From Candidatus Krumholzibacteriota bacterium (lineage in GTDB: Bacteria; Krumholzibacteriota; Krumholzibacteriia; JAJRXK01), in contig CAVXTH010000008.1 in assembly GCA_963764625.1 (NCBI GenBank), forward strand, positions 32,001-96,000: a stretch of DNA of 64,000 nt. Direction: 5' to 3'. How positions within the stretch are numbered: the stretch's first letter is position 1; every line of letters begins with the position of its first letter. The notes beneath the pieces are model-generated. The model did not search any database. It was not told where the DNA came from and saw only the letters and a program-made list of their open reading frames with translations. Positions 55,001 through 64,000 of the stretch are shown one piece after another. The position numbers and the translations under genes were made by a program.

Positions 55001-55946
55001 TCGCGAAAGCGACCGAACGCGGTGAACCGGCAGCCGCGATCTGGGTCGTGAAGCCGAACAGACTGCCGTTGCCCTGGGCCTGGGCCGTGGTTTCCAGGAT
55101 GGTGATCTTGTTGGCGTAGTAGTTCGCAAAGGCCAGATCGTCGATTCCATCCACAAGCGCGCCCGCCGAGGCGGCAACTGGACGCGGACCGCTGTTCAGA
55201 GTGCCCTTCAGCGTAAAGCCGCCGCCATTTTGACCCAGGTAGAGAGTGGCATTGTCGGAGAGGAAGTTCGCCGTGACCAGATCCACCACGCCGTCGTTGT
55301 TGAAATCACCCGTGACCAGATCGATGGGGCGCGATCCCGCGTCGAGAACCTCGTTTCCCAAGAATCCTCCAGCCCCGTCGCCGTAGAATACGCTCACGTT
55401 GTCCGACCAGTAGTTGGCAGCTGCAATGTCGTCGTGTCCATCGCCATTGAGGTCCTCGAAGAGCACCGCCACCGGGTATTGCCAGACTCCAGGCGCCGGA
55501 CCGGGAAAAAACGTCCCGTCGGGAGTGCCGCCGGGAGTCCCCGCCAACCAAATGGAGACCCGTCCCGCGGCGGCCTCGGTCACCACGAGGTCGGTGGCCG
55601 AATCACCGTTGAAGTTTCCCGTCGCAATGTCCCAGGGTTCTTCGCCTACGGTGAAGGTCGATGCCTCGTGGAAGGTGCCGTCGCCCGCGCCCCCGACGGT
55701 GTTGGCGAGGAGAATGGAAACCGTGTGCTCCGCGTAATTCACGACCGCAAAATCGGAAACTCCGTCGGCGTTGAAATCTCCCACCGCCATTGCATCGGGG
55801 TTGAGTCCGGTCGGGATCAAGGCGCCGGAATACAGAGCACCCGCGCGGAGAGGACGCACGTAAAGGAGAAGGGAAAAGAGGGCGATCAGAAGGAGCAGGG
55901 CGTGAGGGAAGCGGCCCGTTCTCCTTTCACTAGAACTCGCGAACAT
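52061..55946 (-). CDS. large FG-GAP/integrin-alpha repeat protein with FlgD/T9SS-type-A-like C-terminal domain (extra base in G5 run at 54989-54993)
   Basis: Many GDFNxDGxxD and FG...VGAP repeats; QNYPNPFNP...WNGRD...SAGVYLYRL...KMVLVK. ORFs 54981..56009 and 52061..55177 join as NHDPDTNLDLV. About 1294 aa when corrected. Confidence 0.88.
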
Positions 55947-56207
55947 TCTGGCCTCCGAGGCGATCGAGGGCTGCGCTCCATCGCGGGGATTGCGGATGGG
56001 AGAGATCATCGAGATGCCGCACGCTCTGGACCTGAGTCAGCGCCGTTTTCGACGCCGGCCCGGCGCGCCTGCGTTGAATCCTATGAGCGGCGGTCAAAGG
56101 TACACCATCGCACGCCCGGTCTCAACTCGGCAAAGATACGGATCTGCCCCCCCGAAAGGCCAGGACCGGGGCGGGAAAAGCCCTGCGGATTCATTCGGTG
56201 CGGGAGT

Positions 56208-56966
56208 TCAGTGGAGGGGACAACCGTGCGAGTCGACCGGGGTTCCCAGCGGGGTGTCGGGGCACTCGTCGAGGCCCTCGAAGACCCCGTCGCCGTCCAG
56301 GTCGGAGGGGCAGCCGTGTTCGTCGACCACGGCGCCCAGCGGAGTATCCGGACAGACATCCAGACTATCACTCACGCCGTCTCCATCTTGGTCCTCAGTT
56401 GAGCCGAAAATAAAGCGTAAACCAGTAGAAATGAAAACCTGCTGGGAGAGAAATCCGCGGAAGTGCGCGAATTCGTCCTTGAATTCCACGAAGACTCCGG
56501 TGTTTTGGTTCAGGTTATAGAGACCGCCGATGGCCAGTCCTACACCGAGAGAACGCTCCGTCTCGTGCGCCAGAATGAGCGAAGCTAGACCGCTCGAAAC
56601 TGACAAATAAGGCGAAAACTTCTGCATTGGCTGAAGAGAGAAGCTCGCCCCGAGACCCAGGTAGTAGTAGCGGCTGGTCGCACTCAGCCCGAGGCTTTTG
56701 TCCGAGCTGGGAACGTAATCCAACTGGAACTCCAGACCCCACAGGGCCGAGGGATGGTAGCCGGCGCGGCCGACCACGAGCAGGTTGTTCTGGATGCCGA
56801 GCCATTGCTCGAATAAGCCTCCACCCACGCCGCCGGCCACTTCCATGTGCGGGCCATCGAGCTGCGCCCGGGCCGGGACCGCATAGAGTCCCAGGCCCAG
56901 CAAGCAGCAGCCCAGCGCGATCGCTCCCAGCGATCTCGCGCATCCTGAATTCCTGCAGGGTTTCAG
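56208..56966 (-). CDS. outer-membrane beta-barrel protein with Asp/Cys-rich (TSP3-like) repeats, no OmpA C-terminal domain
   Basis: Amphipathic strands ending GLRFIFG, then DQDGDGV.D..D.CPDTP.G..VD..GCP twice. Start uncertain: CTG at 56966 after AAGGA, or a frameshifted ATG at 56943. Confidence 0.78.
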   Translation of the reverse strand: MKPCRNSGCARSLGAIALGCCLLGLGLYAVPARAQLDGPHMEVAGGVGGGLFEQWLGIQNNLLVVGRAGYHPSALWGLEFQLDYVPSSDKSLGLSATSRYYYLGLGASFSLQPMQKFSPYLSVSSGLASLILAHETERSLGVGLAIGGLYNLNQNTGVFVEFKDEFAHFRGFLSQQVFISTGLRFIFGSTEDQDGDGVSDSLDVCPDTPLGAVVDEHGCPSDLDGDGVFEGLDECPDTPLGTPVDSHGCPLH

Positions 56967-57052
56967 CGCCTAATTCCTTTTCCCGGCGAACCGGTGAGAA
57001 CGAGCTCTCCCCTCTTGGGGCTGATGGGGTGAAAGAAGAATAGTCTGAAGCG

Positions 57053-59791
57053 CTAGAGTCCTGCCACATGCACGAGATACTCCCTCACCGCGGCCCCTTC
57101 CCTCTCGCGCAGGCCGAGGCAATCGCCCACGCCCTCGGCCACCTTGTCCAGCTCCTTTTCCTGACCCGCCTTGTAATGCGGGCCGTCCTGCGCAAAGAAG
57201 GCGCGCGCCGCCTCGATCCGGTCGGCCGAGCAGCCCGCGGCGAAGTACGGCATGTACACCGCGAACATGGGCGGCATCTTCTCCATGAGTTGATCGTAAT
57301 TACTCGTCATCCAGTCCCACAAGATCTTCGCGTGGTCCTCGTTGCCGGTCTGGCCGATGCCCATGGGGATGGTGAAGACTTCCTGGGGCCGCAGGTCTCC
57401 GTGGAGACAGTAGTAGAGAGCGTGCTGGATCATGGCCGGGTCGGTGAACCAACCCAAACCGGCCAGGTAGCGACTCCGGTCGGCAGGGATTTTCGAGGTT
57501 TCGAATCCCTTCTTGTACTTGTTGTAGAGCCGCCATCCGCCGCCTTCCAGGGCCGTGATCTGCATGCACTGCCCCAGAACCGAGGGGTCGGCCGTGCCCT
57601 GCCCATCAAGATAGGCTTCGGTGGTCGATCTGGCGTAGGCGATGACGTCCTTGTCGTGCGCGTACTTGCCCAACCACGCGATGAGATTTGGCCGCAAAAG
57701 CGCCGCCGCTTCGCTCTCCCCTTTTCGCGGAGTCAGCCCGAACCGTTCCCGCGCCGGGCCCAGCATCTTGGATACGTAGACGGCAAAAGCATTCTCGAGA
57801 TCCGGGGTGACGAACGCCATGCGCACTTTCCCCATCGCTCCCGTCATGGCCGCGATCACTTCGGGCCGCGGATCGTCAGCCAGGTTGGCAATGACTTTCA
57901 AGTAGTTGCCCCCATCGATACGGCCGGCGTCCAGAAGAGCGGAAACCTGACCCACGAAGGCCACGCGCTCGCGCGGGTTCATGATGTCCACCGCGTCCTT
58001 CGAGAGACGGTTCAAGGTTGCGGGGTCCACGTCCCAGTGGTAGTAGCCCCGCTCGTCGTCGTTGGGATGGATCCACGCCAACTTGCCGGTGGTGGGCAGG
58101 TCGAGCGTCTCTTGGGGTGAACTCAGGAGAGTGCGGACGGTGCGCACCTGCTTCCCGTCGGAGTAGCGCAGCACGACCGGCAGCTGCCAGGTCTGCGCCA
58201 TTTTGTTCTTGGCGCCATAGTTCGCGAAGCGCTCCTGGTGCAGGGAGATCTTTCCATCTCCCAGATCGCTCACGCTCAACAGCGGCACTCCGGGTTGATC
58301 GAGGAAGGTCGACATCGCGGTCCCGATGTCCACCCCGGAGGCCTCGCTCATCGAAGCCCACAGATCGGCCGCGACCGCATTCCCCCAGGCGTTCTCCTTC
58401 ACGTAGGTCAGGATGGTCTTGCGGAAGAGATCTTCCCCCATCCAGTTCTCGAACATCCCCAGCACCGCCATGCCCTTCTCGTAGGTGAGTCCATCGGCGG
58501 CCTGCAACAGTTGGACTTCATTCGTCACCGGCTGCCGGATCGCGCGGGCGTTCTGCTGCGCGTCGGTTCCCATCGCACCTTCGACTCCGAGTACATTCGT
58601 GACTGCGATGCTGTATTCGGGAAAGACTCTGTCTGTGATCTTGTTGCCCAGCCAGGTGGCGAACGACTCGTTGAGCCAGAGATCGTCCCACCAATCCATC
58701 GTCACCTTGTCACCGAACCACATGTGCGCCATCTCGTGGGTCATGGTCGAGGCCATGCCTCGCTTTGCCCGTACTGTGGTTTCCTTGGGATCCATGAGGA
58801 GAATCGTCTCGCGGAAGGTGATGAAGCCCACGTTCTCCATGGCTCCGGCCCAGAACTCCGGCACCGCGACCAGATCGAGTTTCGCGTAGGGGTAGGGTTC
58901 GCCGAAATACTCCTCGAGCGCCTTCAGCAGGGGCGGCGCCATGCGCACCGCCTCCTTTACCAGATCCGATTTGCCCGCGACGGTGATGACGCGTCCTGGT
59001 ACTCCCAGTCCGGGAATGTCCGTGGTTTCCAAAGGACCCGCGGCCAGAGCGAGCAGGTAGGAAGGCATGGGCTTGGTGACCTTGAAGGCCACCTCACGCC
59101 ACCCGTCCTTCGTGCTCTCCTGTTCGATGGGCGTGTTCGAGTAGACTTTCTGTCCCTCGGGAACCGAGATCGTCATCTGCCAGGGAATCTTGAAACGCGG
59201 TTCGTCATAACAGGGAAAGGCCTGGCGGGCATCGATGGCCTCGAACTGAGTGAAGAGATAGGCCTTGCCGTCAGTGACCAGACGATAGAGACCGCGTGCC
59301 GTGGTATCGAATTCTTGGGAGAACTCGATGCTGAGCGTGTACTCGGCCGTGGGCTCGAGAGCTTTCGCCGCCTTGAAGTTTACTCTCTTGTCGTCTTGCA
59401 TCTTGAAGGTCACGGGGATCATTCCGGTGGGACCCTCCAACTCCACTTTCTGAAACTCCATGTCCTCGGCGTGGAGCTGAAAGTGATCTCTCGTTTCCTT
59501 GGGCTTGAGATGAATGTAAACCACCCCGGTATAGCTCGTCTCTTCGGGATTCAGTCGCAGTTGGATTTCCTCGAAGATGGGGGCAATCGCATCGTCGAGA
59601 CGAATGCTTGCCGTCGGCGCGGACTTCGCCTTAGCGACCGTGGCCTGTGATTCCGCGCCTGAGGTCGCGAGGGAGTCGGCCTTCGAGTCAGTGGCGGAGC
59701 CTTGTCCGAGCGCGGCGTTCGCGCTGAAGCACAGAAGGATTCCCAATCCGAGACGCAGCAGGTGAGTCCGCATGGCGGTGACGCTGAACAT
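57053..59791 (-). CDS. M1 family aminopeptidase with ERAP1-like C-terminal domain, secreted
   Basis: TQFE..DARQAFPC.DEP, GAMEN, HEMAH...WLNE, YEKG; AAGGAG RBS. Confidence 0.95.
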   Translation of the reverse strand: MFSVTAMRTHLLRLGLGILLCFSANAALGQGSATDSKADSLATSGAESQATVAKAKSAPTASIRLDDAIAPIFEEIQLRLNPEETSYTGVVYIHLKPKETRDHFQLHAEDMEFQKVELEGPTGMIPVTFKMQDDKRVNFKAAKALEPTAEYTLSIEFSQEFDTTARGLYRLVTDGKAYLFTQFEAIDARQAFPCYDEPRFKIPWQMTISVPEGQKVYSNTPIEQESTKDGWREVAFKVTKPMPSYLLALAAGPLETTDIPGLGVPGRVITVAGKSDLVKEAVRMAPPLLKALEEYFGEPYPYAKLDLVAVPEFWAGAMENVGFITFRETILLMDPKETTVRAKRGMASTMTHEMAHMWFGDKVTMDWWDDLWLNESFATWLGNKITDRVFPEYSIAVTNVLGVEGAMGTDAQQNARAIRQPVTNEVQLLQAADGLTYEKGMAVLGMFENWMGEDLFRKTILTYVKENAWGNAVAADLWASMSEASGVDIGTAMSTFLDQPGVPLLSVSDLGDGKISLHQERFANYGAKNKMAQTWQLPVVLRYSDGKQVRTVRTLLSSPQETLDLPTTGKLAWIHPNDDERGYYHWDVDPATLNRLSKDAVDIMNPRERVAFVGQVSALLDAGRIDGGNYLKVIANLADDPRPEVIAAMTGAMGKVRMAFVTPDLENAFAVYVSKMLGPARERFGLTPRKGESEAAALLRPNLIAWLGKYAHDKDVIAYARSTTEAYLDGQGTADPSVLGQCMQITALEGGGWRLYNKYKKGFETSKIPADRSRYLAGLGWFTDPAMIQHALYYCLHGDLRPQEVFTIPMGIGQTGNEDHAKILWDWMTSNYDQLMEKMPPMFAVYMPYFAAGCSADRIEAARAFFAQDGPHYKAGQEKELDKVAEGVGDCLGLREREGAAVREYLVHVAGL

Positions 59792-59929
59792 CGAACGATC
59801 TCCTTGGAGGAATTCAAGTCAATTGGCGAAAACAGCCCTTTCGCCTACGATGCAAGGGGTGGAAAGAGTTGCACCGATCGCGCGTGATACATTGGGCGTC
59901 TCCGTCCGCAAATGCAAGGACCGAGGTCG

Positions 59930-62002
59930 ATGAAGACAGAAACTCGAGCCTACGGCAGCTGGAAGAGCCCCATCACTCCCTCCTCCCTCGCGGCAGGCTC
60001 TCTGAATCTGTCGCAACTGCGCGTGGCCAACGGCCGCGCGTATTGGGCCGAGATGCGTCCCGCCGAGGAAGGACGCGTGGCCATCGTGTCCTGCCCGCTG
60101 CGGGGTGGGCCGGTGCGCGAAGAAATTCCCGCTGTGATGAGCGCGCGCAACCGCGTCAACGAATACGGCAGCGGCGCCTATTGCGTGAGCGACGATGGCC
60201 TGTGGTTCACCAACCTAAAGGACCAGAGACTCTATCGAATCGGTGTCGACGGGGCCTGCGTTCCCATCACCCCTGCAGCGACCGAAGATCAGCGCTATTG
60301 CGATCCGCAGCTCAGTCCCGACGGACGCTGGATCGTCTGTCAGCGGGAGCGGCATCCCGCGGTGGCGTCAACCCGCGCGGGCGAGGTGCTCAACGAGCTC
60401 GTGCTCGTGCCGGCGGACGGATCGGATGCGCCGAGAGTGATCGCGTCCGGCTGTGACTTCTACGGCCCGGCACGCCTGCGCCCCGACGGCAGGGCCCTGG
60501 CGTGGTTGCAGTGGAATCACCCCCAAATGCCCTGGGATGGTTGCGAGCTCATGGTGGCAAGCTTGGGCGCGGACGGCACGGTGCGCGACCCACGACGCGT
60601 CGCGGGCGGGAAGACGGTCAGCGTCTTTCAACCCTCATGGTCGGCCGAGGGCGTTCTCCATTTTGTGAGCGATCAGAGCGGCTGGTGGAATTTGTATCGT
60701 CTCGAAGACCAGGTGGCGCGCAACCTCTGCCCCATGGAAGCGGAGTTCGGCAGCCCCTACTGGGCGTTCTGGATTTCGATGCACACCCATCTCGAGAGTG
60801 GACGCATCGCCTCTCTCTGCATCGAGAAAGGGCAGGAGCGATTGGGTTTGGTGGATGCCGATCGCGGATGTTTCGAAGCCTTTGCGCTGCCTTTGAGCAA
60901 CTTCGGACAGGGTGGCGAACTCGTGAGCGACGGCGCCGACCGTCTCGTTTTTCTGGGTGGATCTCCCACGCGCGCGACCGCAATCTATTCTCTTTCGCTG
61001 CAAGACCACGCCGCGCGTGAGGGCTTGGGGACCAACCACGCCCTACGCGAACTCCACCGGCCCGGCGCAGAAGAGATCGACCCGCGCTATCTCTCGGAGC
61101 CCCGCGTGATTTCCTTTCCCGCCGCACCCTTCTCCAACCGCTGGAGCGGCAGAACCCCGGGAGAGGTGGAAACGAGAGGCGATGGCGACGCCGTGTCCCA
61201 TACGGCCCATGCCTTTTATTACCCGCCCAAGAACGACGACTACGTGGCGCCCGAAGGAGAGCGACCTCCCCTGGTGGTCATGTGTCACGGCGGCCCGACC
61301 GGCGCCACGAATACCGCGCTCATGCTCAAGGCGCAGTTCTGGACGAGCCGTGGTTTCGCGGTAGTGGACGTGAACTATCGGGGCAGCACCGGGTATGGAC
61401 GCGCGTATCGCGAGGCGATCAACGGCAACAGCGGGCTGGTGGAGCCGCGCGACTGCGAGGCGGCCGCACGCTACCTGGCGAAGGAAGGACTGGTCGATGA
61501 AGCGCGCATGGCGGTGCGCGGGGGCAGCGCCGGCGGGTACGTCGTGCTGTGCTGCGCCGTGTTTCCCTCGGGGGATGACTCCTGCTTCAGCGCCGGTACT
61601 TCACTCTACGGAATCGGCGACCTCGAAGCTCTGGTGCGCGACACCCACAAGTTCGAGTCGCACTACCCCTTCACTCTCATCGCACCCTACCCGGCCGAAC
61701 GGGAAGTCTACCGCGAGCGCTCCCCTCTTTACTTCGTGCAGCGGGCCGCGTTCCCGCTCTTCTTGATGCAGGGTCTGCAGGATCCGGTCGTCCCCCCCAA
61801 TCAGGCCGAGGGCATGGCCAAGGCCCTGCGGGAGGCCCACCTTCCCTTCGCCTACCTTCCCTTTGAGGGGGAAGGGCACGGCTTTAGGCGAGAGGAAAAT
61901 ATCGCCAAGAGCTTCGCCGCGGAGCTCTCGTTCTACGGCCAGGTGTTCGGATTCCGCCCGGATTCGGTCGATTTCGCGCTAAAAATCGAAAATTTGGGGT
62001 GA
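59930..62002 (+). CDS. S9 family (prolyl oligopeptidase-like) peptidase
   Basis: YGSWKSPI, W.HP.MPWDG, HGGPT, NYRGSTGYGR, GGSAGG, D.VVP, EGHGFR. Confidence 0.95.
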   Translation: MKTETRAYGSWKSPITPSSLAAGSLNLSQLRVANGRAYWAEMRPAEEGRVAIVSCPLRGGPVREEIPAVMSARNRVNEYGSGAYCVSDDGLWFTNLKDQRLYRIGVDGACVPITPAATEDQRYCDPQLSPDGRWIVCQRERHPAVASTRAGEVLNELVLVPADGSDAPRVIASGCDFYGPARLRPDGRALAWLQWNHPQMPWDGCELMVASLGADGTVRDPRRVAGGKTVSVFQPSWSAEGVLHFVSDQSGWWNLYRLEDQVARNLCPMEAEFGSPYWAFWISMHTHLESGRIASLCIEKGQERLGLVDADRGCFEAFALPLSNFGQGGELVSDGADRLVFLGGSPTRATAIYSLSLQDHAAREGLGTNHALRELHRPGAEEIDPRYLSEPRVISFPAAPFSNRWSGRTPGEVETRGDGDAVSHTAHAFYYPPKNDDYVAPEGERPPLVVMCHGGPTGATNTALMLKAQFWTSRGFAVVDVNYRGSTGYGRAYREAINGNSGLVEPRDCEAAARYLAKEGLVDEARMAVRGGSAGGYVVLCCAVFPSGDDSCFSAGTSLYGIGDLEALVRDTHKFESHYPFTLIAPYPAEREVYRERSPLYFVQRAAFPLFLMQGLQDPVVPPNQAEGMAKALREAHLPFAYLPFEGEGHGFRREENIAKSFAAELSFYGQVFGFRPDSVDFALKIENLG

Positions 62003-62028
62003 GCTGGCTCAAACGCGCCGCGATTCCG

Positions 62029-62034
62029 TATAAT
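62029..62034 (+). promoter_or_regulatory. consensus -10 element
   Basis: Perfect TATAAT between convergent genes; no clear -35. Confidence 0.45.
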
Positions 62035-62040
62035 CAATGT

Positions 62041-62189
62041 GAGGCCGGCAACGGTCTCGGATGTTAGCCGAAACTCCGTGCTGAGCGAATCGCTCTGCTG
62101 GGATTCAGGCGCCAGGTCCTGAATCTCGGAGTCTTGTCTGTGAAGCATCGGACACTTCGGGAGGCGGCCCATTGGGCCGCCTTCTCTTT
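62041..62189 (+). ncRNA. candidate ~150-nt multi-stem sRNA
   Basis: GAGGCCG-GCAA-CGGTCTC (GNRA loop); nested CCGAA/TTCGG, ACTCC/GGAGT, GAGCG/CGCTC, GGGATTCAGG/CCTGAATCTC, TGTCTG/CGGACA; then a terminator. Confidence 0.55.
62160..62189 (+). terminator. intrinsic terminator
   Basis: GGAGGCGGCCC-ATT-GGGCCGCCTTC followed by TCTTT. Confidence 0.78.
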
Positions 62190-62199
62190 GGGTGCTTCT

Positions 62200-63657
62200 C
62201 TAGTCGCGAGGAAAGAAGCGAAAGCAACTCTGGGGACTCCAGCGCGGTCCGCCCCGCGTTTGCGCCAGACGATAGCCCGCCCGCAGGGCCATGCGTAGCT
62301 CGCTCGGCCGGACTCCCAACAGCGCGGCTGGTACGCCTCTTTTCGCAAAGGCTAGCGCACCCGAGTCGAACCAATCCGTATCGTCGTCTCGATTTCGCAC
62401 TCCCAGTTCGTCGAAGCGCGCGGCCTCGCCCAAGTACCTTCCCAGTTCGTTGTCGCGCGTACCCTCGACGACCAAAGTGTCGTGCGGCGCTGCCGTGGTC
62501 TCTTCTCCCTTCAGCACCAGCGCCCCCGCGCATCCGCTGAGATCGAACGGTGCGACGAGTGCGAACTCCTCGGCACCAAGATTTCCCCGTGTGCTGAGCG
62601 TACTTGCCACGAAGGCAACCGTACGCGCCGGTCGCTGCGGTAGCGCAGAGTACGCGGTGGCCAGAGCGAGCAGCCCCGCGGTGGCACGCGCGTTGGCGCT
62701 TCCGCCATCCCACGGCGCGCAGTATACGATGCTCTGCTCCTCGGCGTACCGGCCGGGAATCTCCCCCACCACGTTGAAGGAACGCGACTGGCGCACCTCG
62801 AGGGTAACCTCGCCCTCGACTTTGGGCGAAAGAACCCGCCCGCGAAAACCTTGAGTGTGTGCGGCCCACCGTGCGCGCTTCACCTGGATGCCCGCTTCTT
62901 TCAAGATGCGTGTGCCGGCCTCTTCAGAGATCCAGGCTTGGAAGCGACAGTTCGACGCCAGCTCCTCGCGGCGGAAAAGCGCAAAGCCTTCGAAGCGTTC
63001 CTTCCACCGGGCCCACTCGGCGGCCGAGCGCGTCGAGTCGGGCATGAGCAACACGCCCAACGCTCCACGGCGTTTTGCTTCCGCCACTTGATAGCGCCAG
63101 TGGGAGTACCAGTCACTGGTATCGGGGCGCGGGGGGTCGAAATCGGCGAGAACGAGCACCACTTTACCCACGACGGAAAGACCTTGGTAGTCGTCGCGGC
63201 GGCGCTCGGGGGCCACCACGCCCCGGCCGACGAAGACGAGAGCGCTCGACGGAATGTGAAGGCTGGTACTATCAGCGCGCGCGGAGAGGAGAAGGTTCTC
63301 CCCCTGACCTAATTCGGTGGAGCCCACCTGAAGTTTTGCCGTGCCCACCCGCGTGGCGACGGTCGCAACCGCCTGCAGATACTTCCCCTCGTCGCCCGCC
63401 GGTTGCAGCCCGATTTGAGCGAAGCGTCGCATGAGATGACGCAGGGTTCGACGCTCGGTCTCGCCGAAGGGTGGACGGGGCGCGTGCCCTTCCCCTTCGA
63501 GCGCACGAGAGTCGGCTGCGATGTCAGCTGGCTGCATGGTGGCGACGACCGCGGCCGGCACTTTGGTGGAGAGCCGGTCCCAACCGAAACGCAGGCAGCC
63601 GGAGGCAGCGAGCGCGAATCCCGCGAGCAGAAGGATCAGCCCGCGTCGGCGCATCAT
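62200..63657 (-). CDS. M28 peptidase-like lipoprotein with PA domain, degenerate active site
   Basis: Lipobox ASGC; LVFVG.GVVAPE...DDY.GL.V.GKVV PA domain; S.NVVGEIPG, RTVAFV. Zinc-ligand motifs altered. Confidence 0.78.
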   Translation of the reverse strand: MMRRRGLILLLAGFALAASGCLRFGWDRLSTKVPAAVVATMQPADIAADSRALEGEGHAPRPPFGETERRTLRHLMRRFAQIGLQPAGDEGKYLQAVATVATRVGTAKLQVGSTELGQGENLLLSARADSTSLHIPSSALVFVGRGVVAPERRRDDYQGLSVVGKVVLVLADFDPPRPDTSDWYSHWRYQVAEAKRRGALGVLLMPDSTRSAAEWARWKERFEGFALFRREELASNCRFQAWISEEAGTRILKEAGIQVKRARWAAHTQGFRGRVLSPKVEGEVTLEVRQSRSFNVVGEIPGRYAEEQSIVYCAPWDGGSANARATAGLLALATAYSALPQRPARTVAFVASTLSTRGNLGAEEFALVAPFDLSGCAGALVLKGEETTAAPHDTLVVEGTRDNELGRYLGEAARFDELGVRNRDDDTDWFDSGALAFAKRGVPAALLGVRPSELRMALRAGYRLAQTRGGPRWSPQSCFRFFPRD

Positions 63658-64000
63658 GATTTGGCTTTTCTGCGCGATTTTTCGATGAAGCTGTGTCCGA
63701 TTGCGGCGCGGTGGATCTCGCGAATCGTGTCGATGCCCAGCTCCTTGAGAAAGAGCGCACTCTCACGGTTTTGGCTGGTGGCGCTCACCGTGGTGTTGTC
63801 GGTGCACAGCGCGACCGGAATGCCGTACTCGAGAAAAGTGAAGATGGGGTGCCGCTCCCCGCGCGCGACCGCGCCGGTCTGGTAGTTCGAGCTGGGGGCG
63901 CACTCGACCAAAATTTGATCCTTGGCCATTCTCTTCAGCAGCGCTTTGTCCTGCACGGCACTGCAACCGTGACCGATGCGGGTGCAACCCAGCGTGTCGA
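63654..64000 (-). CDS. adenosine deaminase family protein (C-terminal part; 5' end outside the window)
   Basis: TRIGHG, ECAPSSN, HPI, VALCTDN. Confidence 0.9.
   Translation of the reverse strand, partial: DTLGCTRIGHGCSAVQDKALLKRMAKDQILVECAPSSNYQTGAVARGERHPIFTFLEYGIPVALCTDNTTVSATSQNRESALFLKELGIDTIREIHRAAIGHSFIEKSRRKAKS

Overview
GC-rich bacterial chromosomal segment with about 50 tightly packed genes. I saw no rRNA, tRNA, CRISPR array or mobile element. C-terminal export-type motifs (NYPNPFNP/FlgD-like domain; a 'WG-x-LK-x-RW' tail) suggest an FCB-related candidate phylum such as Krumholzibacteriota or Eisenbacteria (inference). Main content: (i) a Thauera-type anaerobic benzoyl-CoA operon (had-oah-dch-bcrCBAD) followed by SDR, GNAT, TPR and LeuA-like genes, behind a clear sigma70-like promoter with a palindromic operator; (ii) a translationally coupled OlsB-like / OlsA-like / [alpha-beta hydrolase + DedA + ATP-grasp] operon, a candidate novel amino- or peptide-lipid synthesis and flipping system; (iii) an Rdx/SelW-type selenoprotein (CxxU plus SECIS-like hairpin) missed by the ORF track; (iv) three intergenic 'promoter - structured RNA - terminator' units; (v) a surface-protein cluster; (vi) many peptidases and amino-acid catabolic enzymes. 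At least four genes carry single-base frameshifts in short homopolymers, probably long-read errors. All product calls come from motif recognition by eye, not from database searches.
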